Below are positions 12,401-24,771 of a stretch of DNA of 64,000 bases, one piece after another (the first letter of the stretch is position 1; every line of letters begins with the position of its first letter). Source of the DNA: Camelus ferus (lineage: Eukaryota); assembly GCF_009834535.1 (NCBI RefSeq), contig NC_045697.1, positions 5,148,001 through 5,212,000 of the forward strand, given 5' to 3'. Under the pieces are notes generated by a model. The model had not been told where the DNA came from, did not search any database, and saw nothing but the letters and a program-made list of their open reading frames with translations. Position numbers and translations under genes: made by a program.

Positions 12401-12852
12401 CCCATGACTGAATTCACGCTCGGTCTCTTCGCCGGCTGCCACGAAGACCCGGGCTTTCTCTGCTTTCTCTCACTCACCCACTCCCTAGGCAGCCTTTACC
12501 GAGCTTTTACCACGTGCTGAGCACTGAGCCAGGCGCTGATGAACGTGACCCATCCCAGCCTTTCAGGAATCTCACAGTCTGATGGCGGAGGCAGACAAGC
12601 ACCCTGAAGACCACCCTTCTGCCAGATGTGCTGTGGGAGATGGCCAGACAAGCTAAGAGGGCCAAGTCTTCCCCCAGCATCCCTCCAGGTGCTTGCCCAA
12701 AACTTCCCAGAACCTACAACGTCACCCAGGGCCAAGAAGACACTGGAGGCATTTGAAAAATGTTAACCATATGCCAACTCTGGTGCTGGGGGCTGCATGG
12801 TCTCTGCCCCTTATTTTCACAGTAATCCTTTAAGATCAGTCTGTGCATTCTT

Positions 12853-13900
12853 TTTTAAAAAGTCTTTATTTGCTTTCATTCTGGAAGGGTACTTTTGTTC
12901 AGTGTAGAATTCTAGGTTGATAGCTCTCTTTCATCACTGGAAAGGTGTTGCTCCATTGTCTTCAGGCTTGCATGGTTTCCATTTCCTAACACCATGTGTC
13001 CTTTTGTTCTCTGGTTGCTTTGAAGATGTTCTCTCAATGGCTTTAAGCAATATGATGATGCTGTTCTTGGATGATGTTTTCTTTGTGTTTCTCTTGCTTG
13101 GGGTTGACTTGAACTTCTTGTATTTGATTTTATCATTTTCACCAATTTTTAAAAGACATTTCAACCATTATTTCTCCAAATACATTTTCTATCCCCCTCC
13201 CTCCTTCTGGGCCTCCAATTCCACACGTGGTAAACCACTGCACTGTGTCCCGTAAGTTGCTGAGGCTCTGTTCATTTTTCCCCCTGTGTTTGTTTTGTGT
13301 AGTTTCTACTGCTCTGTCTTCAAGTTCACTAACCTTTTCTTCTGCACTGTCTAATCTGCAGTTAAACCCCTCCAATGAATTTTTCATTTTGTATATTGTA
13401 GTTTTCACTTCTAGTAGGTCTATTTGAGTGGTTAGCACAGGGGAAGAAGGTGAGGGTGAGAGACACAAAGGGGAAAGGGGATTAACAGGTACAAACTACT
13501 AGGTATAAAATAAGTAAGATACAGGGATGTAATGTACAGTACAGGGACTATAACCAATACTTTGTAATAACTTTAAAAGATGTGTAATCTATAAAAATGC
13601 TGAATCACTATTCTGTACACCTGAAACCAACATAACATTATAAAACACCTATACTTCAATAAAAACAAGTTAAGTAACTGAGTAAACTTGCAATGTCCAG
13701 TATCCAAACTAAATTAGTAGACATGCAAAGAAGAAGTAAAATATGACCCGTAAGCAGGAGAAATTAATAAAGAGAAACAGGCCCAGAAATGGCACTCGAG
13801 ATGAAATTAGCATACAAGGACTTTAAAGGAGTTGTTACTAATATGCTCTATGTGTTCAAGGACTGAAAGGAAAACGTGAACATAGTAAGGATAGAAATGG
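12853..13900 (-). mobile_element. Old L1/HAL1 ORF1 fragment with an inverted 5' segment, inserted in a MIR
   Basis: Minus-strand ORF1-like translation (LLEVKTTIYKMKNSLEGFNCRLDSAEEKVSELEDRAVE) at 12853-13427. The upstream ORF1 piece is on the plus strand at about 13690-13900. TSD gcattctt at 12845-12852 and 13901-13908. Confidence 0.75.
13428..13666 (+). mobile_element. L1 3' end (Laurasiatherian/artiodactyl type)
   Basis: ggtacaaactactaggtataaaataag...gaatcactattctgtacacctgaaacc...tatacttcaataaaa. Confidence 0.8.
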
Positions 13901-14329
13901 GCATTCTTGTTTTTCAGAAGAAGAAAAAGACGTTTGCAGAAGCTACATGATTGGTCCAAGACACATGGTTAGAAGCAACAGGACCAGAATCTGAGCCCAG
14001 ACCTCCCCATCTTGAAAGCTTGTGTTCTTTCTTCTATATTATGCTACTTCCCAAAACAAATGCACTGTGTTGTTGGACACTGATGGACACTCTCCTCTGG
14101 ACCCTCATGGTTTCCTGATGATACACAGGTGACCTAAAAACAGTTCCAATCTAATTTCTGTATTTGGAGGGACAGGTGGAAACAAAACAGGCTATGTGAG
14201 GCAGTGGGGACCTCTCCAGGCTTCTGTTCATCATACATAAAATGAGGATAATAATGCCCAGTACACTGAGCTTTTAGGAGGACAAAGATGCTAAGAGGGG
14301 TCCGGTATCTAGGACAATGACTGTGAGTT

Positions 14330-14882
14330 TCTGACTGGCCAGGACTCTCCAGGTTGCAAATACTGGGAGCCCAATGTGATCCTGCATAAGCAAATCAGGA
14401 TGCCAGTCCCCGTAGCTGGTATAGCTCATATAACTGGAAGAGAAAAAGGATGGAGGCACTGGTGGTACCTGCCCACGTCCCCTCTTGTACACCTGCACAC
14501 ACCTGAGGCTGCTTACTGTGGACACCTGTGACTCTCTGCTGAGGGCCTTTTTCTGGCCTGAATGGGGCAAGCCCAAGTGCAGGAGGGATAATGCTGCTTA
14601 AAGCAGCCCGCTAGCAATGCTGACTAGGGAACTGTGCATAAAAACATCATCTCTGACCTTCAGCTGCCTTCAAGGCACCCTCCCTATGGAAGTCCCGCAA
14701 GGAGGTGAGTCCAGATGCCTGCTGGTGAGTGGTTTTATCAAATGCCCATCACTGGCTTCCTTCCTTTCTGTATTTCACTCCTTCTCTCTTGCAGGTGATT
14801 CCTGGGATCAATTTTCCAAAAAAAACTGCTTGCACTCAGTTCTTTCAATTTCAGCTCCTGGAGGAACCCAAGCTCAGACAGT
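14330..14882. mobile_element. Old ERVL-type LTR (LTR16-like)
   Basis: ...ttcctgggatcaattttccaaaaaaaactgcttgcactcagttct...tcagctcctggaggaacccaagctcagaca terminus. Confidence 0.5.
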
Positions 14883-14889
14883 GACCAGC

Positions 14890-15032
14890 AGTGCCAGGAA
14901 TGGGGTCTGGCAAGTGAGGGGGCAAAATGTAAGGAAGCAATGCTGACCCTGCACTTGGAGGACCCTGGGAGTGATGTCTCCTTAAATTTTGCCCTCCAGG
15001 TGCCTCACCTGCTTACCCCAGTCCTGATCCTA
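14890..15032. mobile_element. Palindromic hAT MITE (MER91-like)
   Basis: Internal inverted symmetry: ggcaagtgagggggcaaaatgtaagga ... tccttaaattttgccctccaggtgcctcacctgc. Confidence 0.55.
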
Positions 15033-16203
15033 CCCAGCAGGGCTCCATCCCTCCACCCACCTTTGACATCTGTTTCTGTTTCTTCACTTTGAGCCTCAAG
15101 AATATTCTTCCTTCTGCAGATGGACCTTCACCTTCATGAACTGCTGAAGAAAAGGGTCACCAACTCATGCAGACCTGTCTTCTTACAGGACATCATCCAT
15201 GCGAGGAAGAGAAGAAGCCTTAGACCTCTGACTCCATGGAAGGCTTCTGAATGGCTGGGTTTGACTCACCAGCCAATCCTTGGTCCAAGCATTGGTCTAG
15301 CTGAATATGGTCCAAGTGGCTGGCACAGACATGTCACATGCCCATCTCAGAGAGTAAGTGGGGGACACGATGAATGCCCGTCCCCCGTGCCCACATGGGG
15401 TAGCGAGGTGTTTTCCAAAGAAAAGAAGATGTTATCGTGATAAGAAAGGGGACCAAAAAGCATGCTGCAGAGTCAAAAACGGCAGCCACCACAGTCACGG
15501 TGATTCCCCATTCTCTCTTCTTTTTACAGGTGAGAAAACTAAGCTTCAGGGTGGTTAGTTTCCTTTCCAGGAATCCACAACTAACACATATCAGAGTCAG
15601 CCTGCTTCCCAAGTCCAAAGTGTTTCCACTGGATACGCAGAAATTAATCTGTTGTGCCTCAACTGTCCCAGAATCCAGTCATCAAAGGGTTATAAAAGTG
15701 TTCAGAAAATTCCTGCTAAAATCAGTTCACTGCCTGCAGCTGTTTACTTTGGTGCTGCCCTGGCTACGTGCAAGTTCTCCCAGCGTGAAAGTGAAATGAG
15801 GTTTCTGTGAATCCACACGTGCTTTTTCCTGATAACCAAGGCTGTTGTCATACCTGAACAATGAAAGGTCTTTCTCGAACACTCGTAATAAATGCCAGAT
15901 ATCAAACTTGACAAAGGCAGAGAGCAAAGCCAAAATAACCATTCAATATTAGGAGGGTGTCTTCCTTCATCCTAGTCCAGCCCAGCTCCACCCTGAGTTT
16001 CATAATAGTCACGTAGATTCAGCTACATTTATCATGAAAGGCAGAGAATATTTGGTATTCTGAACAGAACAAAGCTATGTTCGAGTGCCTTGAAGTAAAC
16101 TAATCTCAGCCTGAATACTAGATGTTTGTGCACACTCTACATGACTTTGGGTGTCATCAAGAAATTGCTACAACCTAAGAGTGACTTAAAAATAGAGCCT
16201 CTA

Positions 16204-16805
16204 ACTAAAAATAAACCCACCATATGATCTAGCAATCCCACTCCTGAGTGTATAACCAGAGAAAAATATAGCTCAAAAAAACACACGAACCCCAATGTTC
16301 ACAGCAGCACTATTTACAATAGCCAAGACCTGGAAACAACCTAAATGTCCATCGACAGATGACTAGATAAAGAAGATGTGGTACATATATACAACAGAAT
16401 ACCACTCAGCCATAAAAAAGAATAAAATAATGCAATTTGCAGCAACATGGATGGACCTGGAGGTCATCATTCTAAGTGAAGCCAGAAAGAGAAAGAAAAA
16501 TATCGTATGATATCACCTATATGTGGAATCCGAAAAAAAAAAAAAAGACACAAATGAACTTATCTACAGAACAGAAACAGACTTACAGACATAGAGAACA
16601 GACTTGTGGTACCAGGGATATGAGGGTGGGAAGGGGTAAGTTGGAAGTTTGAAATTTGCACCTCTGGGGAGTGACGGAAATGTTAGGTATCTTTATTGTA
16701 GGCAGTGGTTTCATAGGCGCATACATCTATCAAAGTTCATCAAACAGTACATCTGAAATATATGTAGTTTACTGACAGAAACTGTATGAAAATAAAGTTG
16801 TTAAA
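16204..16805 (+). mobile_element. Chimeric L1 insert: camelid-type L1 3' region (16204-16660) fused to an older L1M-type 3' end (16661-16805)
   Basis: The first part matches the copies at 32973 and 37715. The second part (gggagtgacggaaatgttaggtatctttattg...aataaagttgtt) is an L1M-type terminus. Degenerate TSD at 16188-16203 and 16806-16821. Confidence 0.75.
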
Positions 16806-17289
16806 AAACACAGAGCCACTAGAAAACTTGCCCTCTTCAAAGCATTCATTACAAACAGAGCTCTAACACATGTATGCTCTGGATACAGGTTCCGAGAGCC
16901 AAGCCAGCAGGCAAACAGCAGCAGGTGTGGGCAGAAAAGGAACATGAAACTTTCAAGGATGATGACAGGATATAATCAAATAATAACTCAGGAGGGCACA
17001 TCCTAACAGGCTTGGCAGTATCCCAGGAAGGGGTGCAGAGGGCTCAGGACCAAAATCATCGTCATGAGGATAAAAGTGAAGAGCTTCTATGTGGTGTCAA
17101 CTGTGCTGTGGATTAAAAGAGTTGCTTCAATTTTCCTTCTGCTATGAAATCACTCGATATTTTCCTTCTGCTATGAAATTGCTCAACAGAAAACAAAGGA
17201 TTAGCAGGATTTTAAAATAGTTGTTGTTAAGTTCAGCCACTGTCCATGAGACTACAGGCAAACTTCCTAAATTCTCTGCGCCACAACTC

Positions 17290-19125
17290 CTCTTCTGAAA
17301 AATCTAGAGGAGGGAACCTCAAAGGTGGCACATACACTCTGCCCAAAGCTCTGGCTGACCTGTAAAGGTCACAGGTGTGGAGCAGACAGTAAGCGGTACA
17401 GCGAAGAACAAAGAAATGGACAGAGATTTATGTGCCTGCCCAGGGGGGTGGAGCAGGTAGTGTAAATCCAACCAAGTTAACTGCTTGTTAAAAGGATATT
17501 TTCAAAGAAATACAATACAACCCAAAGTCTATACAACATAACATTCACAATACCCAGGATGCAACCCAGAACTACTCAACATATAAAGAACCAAGATAAT
17601 GCGACCCATCCTCAGCGGAAGTGAATCTTAACGAGACCCAGATGTTGGAATTAAGGTTAAGGACATGAAAACAGCTCTTCTGTCCACGACTACACTGCAT
17701 GGTATAAAGGGCAGCATGCTAGAAATAAATGAAAATACAGGGAATCTCAGCAAAGAGCGAAAACTATTCTTTTTAATTGAGAGTTTCCACCTAGACACAT
17801 CACACTCAAACTGCTGAAAGTCAAAGATTAGAAGAGTATCTTGAAAAGAGAGAGATGAAAATGACACATGAGTACCAGACAATAATGATTCAGTTTAACG
17901 ACTTCTCATCAGAAAGATCAGTTGACAATGGTACAAAATATTTAAAGTAATGAAGAAAAAACTATGACCCAATCATCTGTACCCAGTAGAAATATTCAAG
18001 AAAGAAGGTGAAATAAGCACATTTCAGATAAGATAAAATTAAGAGAATGAATTGACAGGAGACTTGCCCTAAAGGAAATTCTCCAGGATGGATGGAAAGG
18101 ATACCAGAGGGAAATTCAGACCTTCGTGAAAGGTATGGGTAAATACCAAGGACTATTTTCCTCCTAATTTTTTTAAAAGCCAAAAAACTACACATATTTT
18201 AAACTACATATAAATTATACATACATATAATACATATATAAAATACTTTATATTATCATTTACATTATTTTATTTTAAATATTTAACATTTTATGTATAT
18301 ATTATACATGTATATGTTTATATATATTTAAAGCAAAAAACTATAATACTGTAGTAGAGATTTATGATTTAAGAAGCTGTAATACACATGACAACTATAG
18401 TACAACGGCTGACAGGGGTGGTAAACAGGCCTGTACAATTGCCCAGGTTTTACATTCTATATGAAGTACAAAATAATAACTCTAAGCAGACTGTGAAATA
18501 AATTGAGGATGTTTATCATAATCCCTAAAGCAACAATTTAAAAGCATAATATAAGGAAGTGTAGCTATCAAGTCATTGATAAATTAAATGAGGATTCTAA
18601 ATATTCAATTATCTAAAACAAAATAGGAAAAGAGAAATAGAAAAACAAAAGAGAGAACAAATAAAACCATGCTAGACCTAAATGAAGCCACATCAGTAAT
18701 TACATTGACTATGAACGGAATAAAAGGTAGAGATTGCCAGATGGATTTAAAGAGAAGCAAGACCTAATTGTGTGCTATTCTCAAGAGATTTATGTCAAAC
18801 ATAAAAACACAGATAGGATGAAAGAAAATGTGTGGAAATATATGCCATGTAGTTTGGAATGGCTATATTAATCTCAGAGGAACTAAGCTGCAGAAAGAGA
18901 TTATTAGCAGAGATAGAAAAGAACATTTCACAATAAGGTCAATTCATCATGAGGCCATAATGACCATAAATCTATATGCACCTGACAACAGACCTTCAAA
19001 GTGTAAGAAGCGAAACTGACAGAATTAAAGGAAGAAGAAACAACTGCACAATCAGAGTTGGAGCTTTTACACAACTGTCTCAGAAATGGATAAAAAAACT
19101 AGATTGTTAAAATCAGGAAAGACAG
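17290..19125 (+). mobile_element. Old, highly degenerate L1M fragment (5' region, ORF1, start of ORF2)
   Basis: ORF2 endonuclease-like remnants (ISRDRKEHFTIRSIHHEAIMTINLYAPDNR) and ORF1-like text. Confidence 0.75.
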
Positions 19126-19134
19126 ACATCAAAA

Positions 19135-22100
19135 TGGCAGTTCAAGATGGCGGCTTGGGGAGATCCTGAACTCTCCTCCTTCTGTGGACACGCAAATGTA
19201 CAGCTACATGTGGAGACGTTCCCTATGAAAAGGGCCTGAAAACCAGCTGAACAGCTCCTCTGCGACAACAGACGAAAGAGCCACACAAGACGGGAAGGAG
19301 ACGCAGAGGTGTGCTTCCCCCCCAAACCACACCCCCAGCCAGGTGACCTGAAACTGGGAAGGATCTCACAAACACGACGCTTCTTCCTGAGTAGCCAGGG
19401 GTTTGTGCCCATGTCAGGCACCCCAACCCTTGGGATCTGTATTGGGTAGATGAGCCCCCAAAATGTGTGGCTTGGAAAACCAGCAGGACTTACATCCGGA
19501 AGAACCACAGGGCTGTTGGGAACAGAGAACGCACTCTTAACGGGCTCGCAGGCAGATTCACTCACCCTGGGACCCAGGCCATATGTGAAGAAGATTCATT
19601 AACTACTCTTAGCATCTGCTGGAGGGACAGGAATCTGTGGAGACTCTCCCTGGGGATGGAGATGCTGGCCGGTGGCAGTTTTGTATTCTCCCTGTGTCTT
19701 GATAGCACCAGTGCTGGCAGGTGCATTTCTGCACTGTCCCTCTCACTTGCCAGCCCCACTGTGCATCCCCCCTCCTCCTGCCACTTATGCAGCCCTGTCA
19801 AAGCCAGTGGGTACATGCAGCCCACCCAGGGGATGCCCCTTGAGTACCTGCTCTGGTGGCCCCATGGTTCTGAAACAACCAGAGAGACTATTCTTAGAAG
19901 GCTCCCACACTCTAGTCACTGTACAGACAGCCAACTGCAATGCACCCCAGTCTTCCTGTAAAAAGGCCTATTTACCTGTCTTGGAGCTTCAGCCTGAGGG
20001 GCAGGCTTCTGGTGTTCCACACATCTAGAGGTTGTGTAAGTGCTCTCAGGGAACGTGGGCTACAGCTCACTGGTTCCTCCCAGCAAGGAGCTCAAGCACA
20101 CATCTGAAGCCCCAATTTTTGCAACTATCATCAACAGGACACCCCTAGATCGCCTGCTATGGAGGCCAGCAGGGTTTACAATTGTGGTCCCACGTTACTA
20201 TATATATCTGCATCCCTTAAAAGCTGCTGCCTGCAGGTCTAGCTTCGAATCAGACGGAAACTAAGGGCTAACAGAGATCCCACCCTCTGAAACATCCACA
20301 GGTCTTGGCATAACTTCAACAACTGGGAACTACCAAGAATAAATCAGTGTGCTAAGTAAGACAATCACAAAGGTTCAGGATACAGCCAAGAGCTGGGGTA
20401 GGGTTAAACAGTAAGGTTGATCTCCTATAAAAGGCAACTACTTGAAGACTAGGAAAGACAGCTGATTTGTCTAAAACATAGAGACAGACACAGAGAGTCG
20501 AGCAAAATGAGGAGAGAAAGGAATATATTCCTAATAAAAAGAAAAGATAAAAACCAGAGGGGGGAAAAAACCCTTAATGAAATGGAAATAACTAATTTAC
20601 CTGAAAAGGAGTTCAAAATATTGGTCATTAAGAGGCTCACTGACCTCAGGAGAAGAATATATGACCATAGAACTTCAACAGAGACAGAAAACATAAGAAA
20701 GTACCAAATATAAGTCACAGAGATAAAGAATACAGTAACTGGGCTGAAAAATACACTAGAGGGGTTCAAAAGCAGACTAGATGAGGCAAAGAAAGAATCA
20801 GTGATCCAGAAGACAGGTCACTGGAACTCAAACAGAGCAGCAAAAAGAAAAAAGAATTTCAAACAGTGAAGATAGCTTAAGGAACCTATGAGACAACATC
20901 CAGTGGAATGACATAGAGTTCCCAGGAAGAGTAGAGAGAGAAAGGGGTAGATGACTTATTTGAAGGAATAATGGCTAAAAACTTCCCTAACCTGGAGAAG
21001 GAAACAGAGCACATTCAGGAAGCCCAGAGAGTTTTAAACAAGATTAACCCAAACAGACCCACACCAAGACACATTATAATTAAAATGTCAAAAGCTAAAG
21101 ACAAAGTCATAAAGGCAACAAGGGAAAAACAACTTGTTACGTACACAGGAACCCTCATGAAACTATCAGCAGATTTTTTAGCAGAAACTCTGACAGCCAG
21201 AAGGGAGTGGCATGGTATATTCAAGGTGCTGAAATGTGGATAAAAAAACTGAGACCCATCTCTATGCTGCCTCCTACAGACTCATTTCAAATGTAAGAAT
21301 ACACACAGAGTGAAAATGAAGGGATGTACATACTTAGCCATTTGTCATCGCTTTCTGAGTAAGGAGGAGCAGACTGGGGCTTCATTGGGGAAAACCCTTT
21401 TCTCCTTCTAAAAGTCCCTGCCACCTCCTCATTTTTTTCTATCACCTTTAACCGAGAACAATCAAAGATCACGAAGATTCACTTACCAAAATCAAATGTC
21501 AAAACTTCCAACAAAGTAAAGTCCAATAGAGTTGGCTTCACTATATAATTTTACCAAACATGTAAGAAAGAATTAACAACAATTTTCTCAAAGTCTTTTT
21601 GAAGAGGAGGCAGTATTTCCACTCGTTTTATGGGCCCTGCATTAACCTGATACCAAAGCTGATACCAAAGCCAAAGACACCACAAGGGGAAAAAATGAAA
21701 ACTACAAGCCAATATCCCTTGATTATGGATGCAAAATCTTCAAAAAAATACTAGCAAATTGAACCCAATAACACATTTAAGGGATCATAAGCCATAAGTA
21801 AGTGGGATTTTTCCCTGGAATGTAAGGATTGTTTAACATATGACAATCAATTAATATGACATACCAAATTAACAGAATAAAGGATAAAAATCACATGATT
21901 GTCTCAATAGAAGCAGAAAAAGCATTGGACAAAATTCAACACCCTTTCATTATTTAAAAAAAAAGCCCTCAGCAAGCCAAGAATAGAAGGAAATTAACTC
22001 AACACAATATAGGCCACATATGAAAAGCTCACAGCTAACATTATATTCAGTGGTGACAAATTAAAAGATTTTTCTCTAAGATCAGGAACAAAGCAAGAAT

Positions 22101-22351
22101 GCCCATTCTGACTACTTCTATTCATCACAGACTATAAATCCTAACTAGAGTAATTAGCTAAGAAAAAGAAATAAAAGGCATCCAAATCAGGGAGGAAGAA
22201 GTAAAATTGCCTCTGTTGCAAATGATATGATCTTGTATATAGAAAACCTTCAAGATACCATAAAAAATTAGAACTAATAAATCAATTCAATATGACTGAA
22301 GTGTTGTACACCAGAAATTGACACAACATTGTAAACTGACTATACTTAAAT

Positions 22352-22429
<78 letters not shown>

Positions 22430-24335
22430 AATTAATTCAGTAAAGTCACAGGGTACAAAATCAACATACAACATACAAAATCAGTTGTGTTTCTATATAC
22501 TAAGAATGAATTATCTGAAAAGGAAATTAGAGAAATCTCATTTATAATGCACCAAAAAGAATAAAACACCTAGAAATAAACTTAACTAAGGAAGTGAAAG
22601 ACTTGTATATTGAGACTTGTATACAAAACAGTGATGAAAAATTAAACAAGACACAAACGGAAAGGCAGCTGTTTCATGGGTTGGAAGACTTAATATTGTC
22701 TAAATGTCCATAATACCCAAACTGACCTACAGATTCTATGTAATCCCTAACAGAATTCAATGGCCTTTTTAAAAAGAAATGGAAAAAATAATGCTAATTC
22801 ATATGGAACCACAAAAGACCACAAATAGTCTAACTGATCTTATGCAAGAACAACAAAACTGGTGGCATCACACTTCCTTACTTCAAATTATATTACAAAG
22901 TTATAGTAATCAGAACAGTGTGGTCCAGGCATAAAGACTGATAAATAGACCAATGGAAAGCCCAGAATAGAAAGCCCAGAAATAAATCCATGCACATATG
23001 CTCAATTGATCTTTGACCAGAATGACAAAATAAACAATGGGGAAAGGGTAATCTTTTCAACAACTGTTGTAGGAAAATTGGATATCAACATGCAACAGAA
23101 TGAAATGGATCCTCATGTCACACCACACACAAAAAAATCAACTCAAAATGGATTAAAGACCTAAATATTAAGACCTGAAATTTACTGTACACTGCTTAGA
23201 AGAAAAATAAGGAAAAAGCTTCATGACATTGGGCTTTGCAATGATTTCAAAGATATGACACCAAAAGCCCAGGGAACAAAAATAAATAAGTGAGGCTACA
23301 TCAAACTAAAAAGCTTCTGCACAGCAAATAATCAACAGAATGCAAAGGCTACCTGTGGAATGGGAGAAAATATTTGTAAACCACATATCTGATAAAAAGT
23401 TAATTTCCAAAATACATAAGGAACGCCTACATTCAACAGCATAAAAACAAACAAACAAAACCCCTAAATAGCCCAATTTTAAAATGGCTATGGCTTAAAT
23501 AGACATTTCTCCAAAGAAGATGTACAAATGGCTAACAAGTATATGAAAATGTGCTCAACATCACTACTCATCAAATCAAAGTCACAGCAAAATACCACCC
23601 CATATCTATCAGGATGACCACTATCAAAAAACAAAAGACAACAAATGTTGGCAAGGATGTGGAGAATTTGGAGCCCTTGCACACTGTTAGTGGGAATGTA
23701 AACTGGTGCAGCCACTGTGGGAAACAGTATGGAGAGTCCTCAAAAACTTACAAATAGAGCCACCATGTGATATGATCCAGCAATCCCATTTCTGGGTTCA
23801 TTCTCCAAAAGAATTGGATTCAAGGTCTCTAAGAGATATTAGCACTCCTATGTTTGCTGCAGCACTATTAACAACAGTCAAGATGTGGTAACAACCTACG
23901 TGTCCACTGGCAGATGAATGGATCAAGAAAATGTGGTCTACAGGTACAGTGGAATACTAGACAGCCTTAAAAAAGAAATTCTGCCGTATGCCACAACCTG
24001 GATAAATCTTGAGGACATGATGCTAAGTGAAATAAGCCAGTCACAGAAAGATAAATACTGCATGATTCCACATATATGAGGTATCTGAAATAGTCAAATT
24101 CATAGAACCAAAGAGTAGAATGGTGGTTGCCAAAGGACTAAGGCGGGGGGTGGGGGGAACTGGGGAGCTGCTAACTAATGGGTATCATTTCAGTCAAGCA
24201 AGATGTCTAAGCTCTAGAGATCTGCTGTACAATGTTATATTGATCTATAGTCAATAATAATACGTATCACTTAAAAGTTTAAACAAGTAGACAGTGTGTT
24301 AAGTATTCTTCTCACAATCATTTTTTTAAAATAAA
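19135..24335 (+). mobile_element. Near full-length but decayed L1 (L1MA9-like 3' end), antisense to STK32B, with internal deletions
   Basis: GC-rich 5' UTR starting aagatggcgg. ORF1 remnants (NEMEITNLPEKEFKILVIK; MAKNFPNLEKE...PTPRHIIIKMSK). Broken RT and C-terminal remnants at 21490-23930. 3' end ctagagatctgctgtacaa...tgttaagtattcttctcacaat. Confidence 0.9.
22290..22426 (+). mobile_element. About 60-bp camelid L1 extreme 3' end whose tail is a (TA)n(CA)n microsatellite, nested in the older L1
   Basis: tgtacaccagaaattgacacaacattgtaaactgactatactt matches 33550-33591. TSD ataaatcaattca at 22277-22289 and ataaattaattca at 22427-22439. Confidence 0.85.
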
Positions 24336-24715
24336 ATGCCTACATTGCAGGAAAGAGCTGCTGTTGGCCATCACATAAATTCATGGGATTTTTTTCCACT
24401 TTCCGTATTTAGATGCTGAAGGAAGAAACAGCATTAGCAATCTTGAAATAATTACCATTGTAATTCACCTAAAGCAGGGCTGCCGTGGTAATTTAATTTT
24501 CAGAATGAAATTACAGCGGATCCAAAGGAAACTATTCAGACTTCCTCTCACATTTCACATTTGGCAAATTCGAATCTTTCTGTCAAACAGGAAATTCCCA
24601 GTGCCCAGCAACCAGCGCAACAACAAACCCACAAAAGTGCACATCTGCATAAGCCTGGTGGGCGGGGCTTTTATATTTGATGATTGATGTTTTTGTAAAA
24701 ATCCAGCATTCTTAC

Positions 24716-24771
24716 CTTTCCAAAACTCCCTTTACCAATGGCCCGCAGAATCTGAAAATGGTCAAAGTTGA
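24716..24771 (-). CDS. STK32B: Serine/threonine kinase 32B (YANK2), coding exon 2 (56 bp), kinase subdomain I Gly-rich loop
   Basis: Minus strand reads cttttacAG|tc aac ttt gac cat...gga aag|GTaaga and encodes (V)NFDHFQILRAIGKGSFGK. It starts in phase 1 and ends in phase 0. The FQI motif matches STK32B/C rather than STK32A (FEI). Confidence 0.96.

Noticed and set aside
19135..24335. Active L1
   Set aside because: Many stops and frameshifts, two large deletions and a nested insertion.
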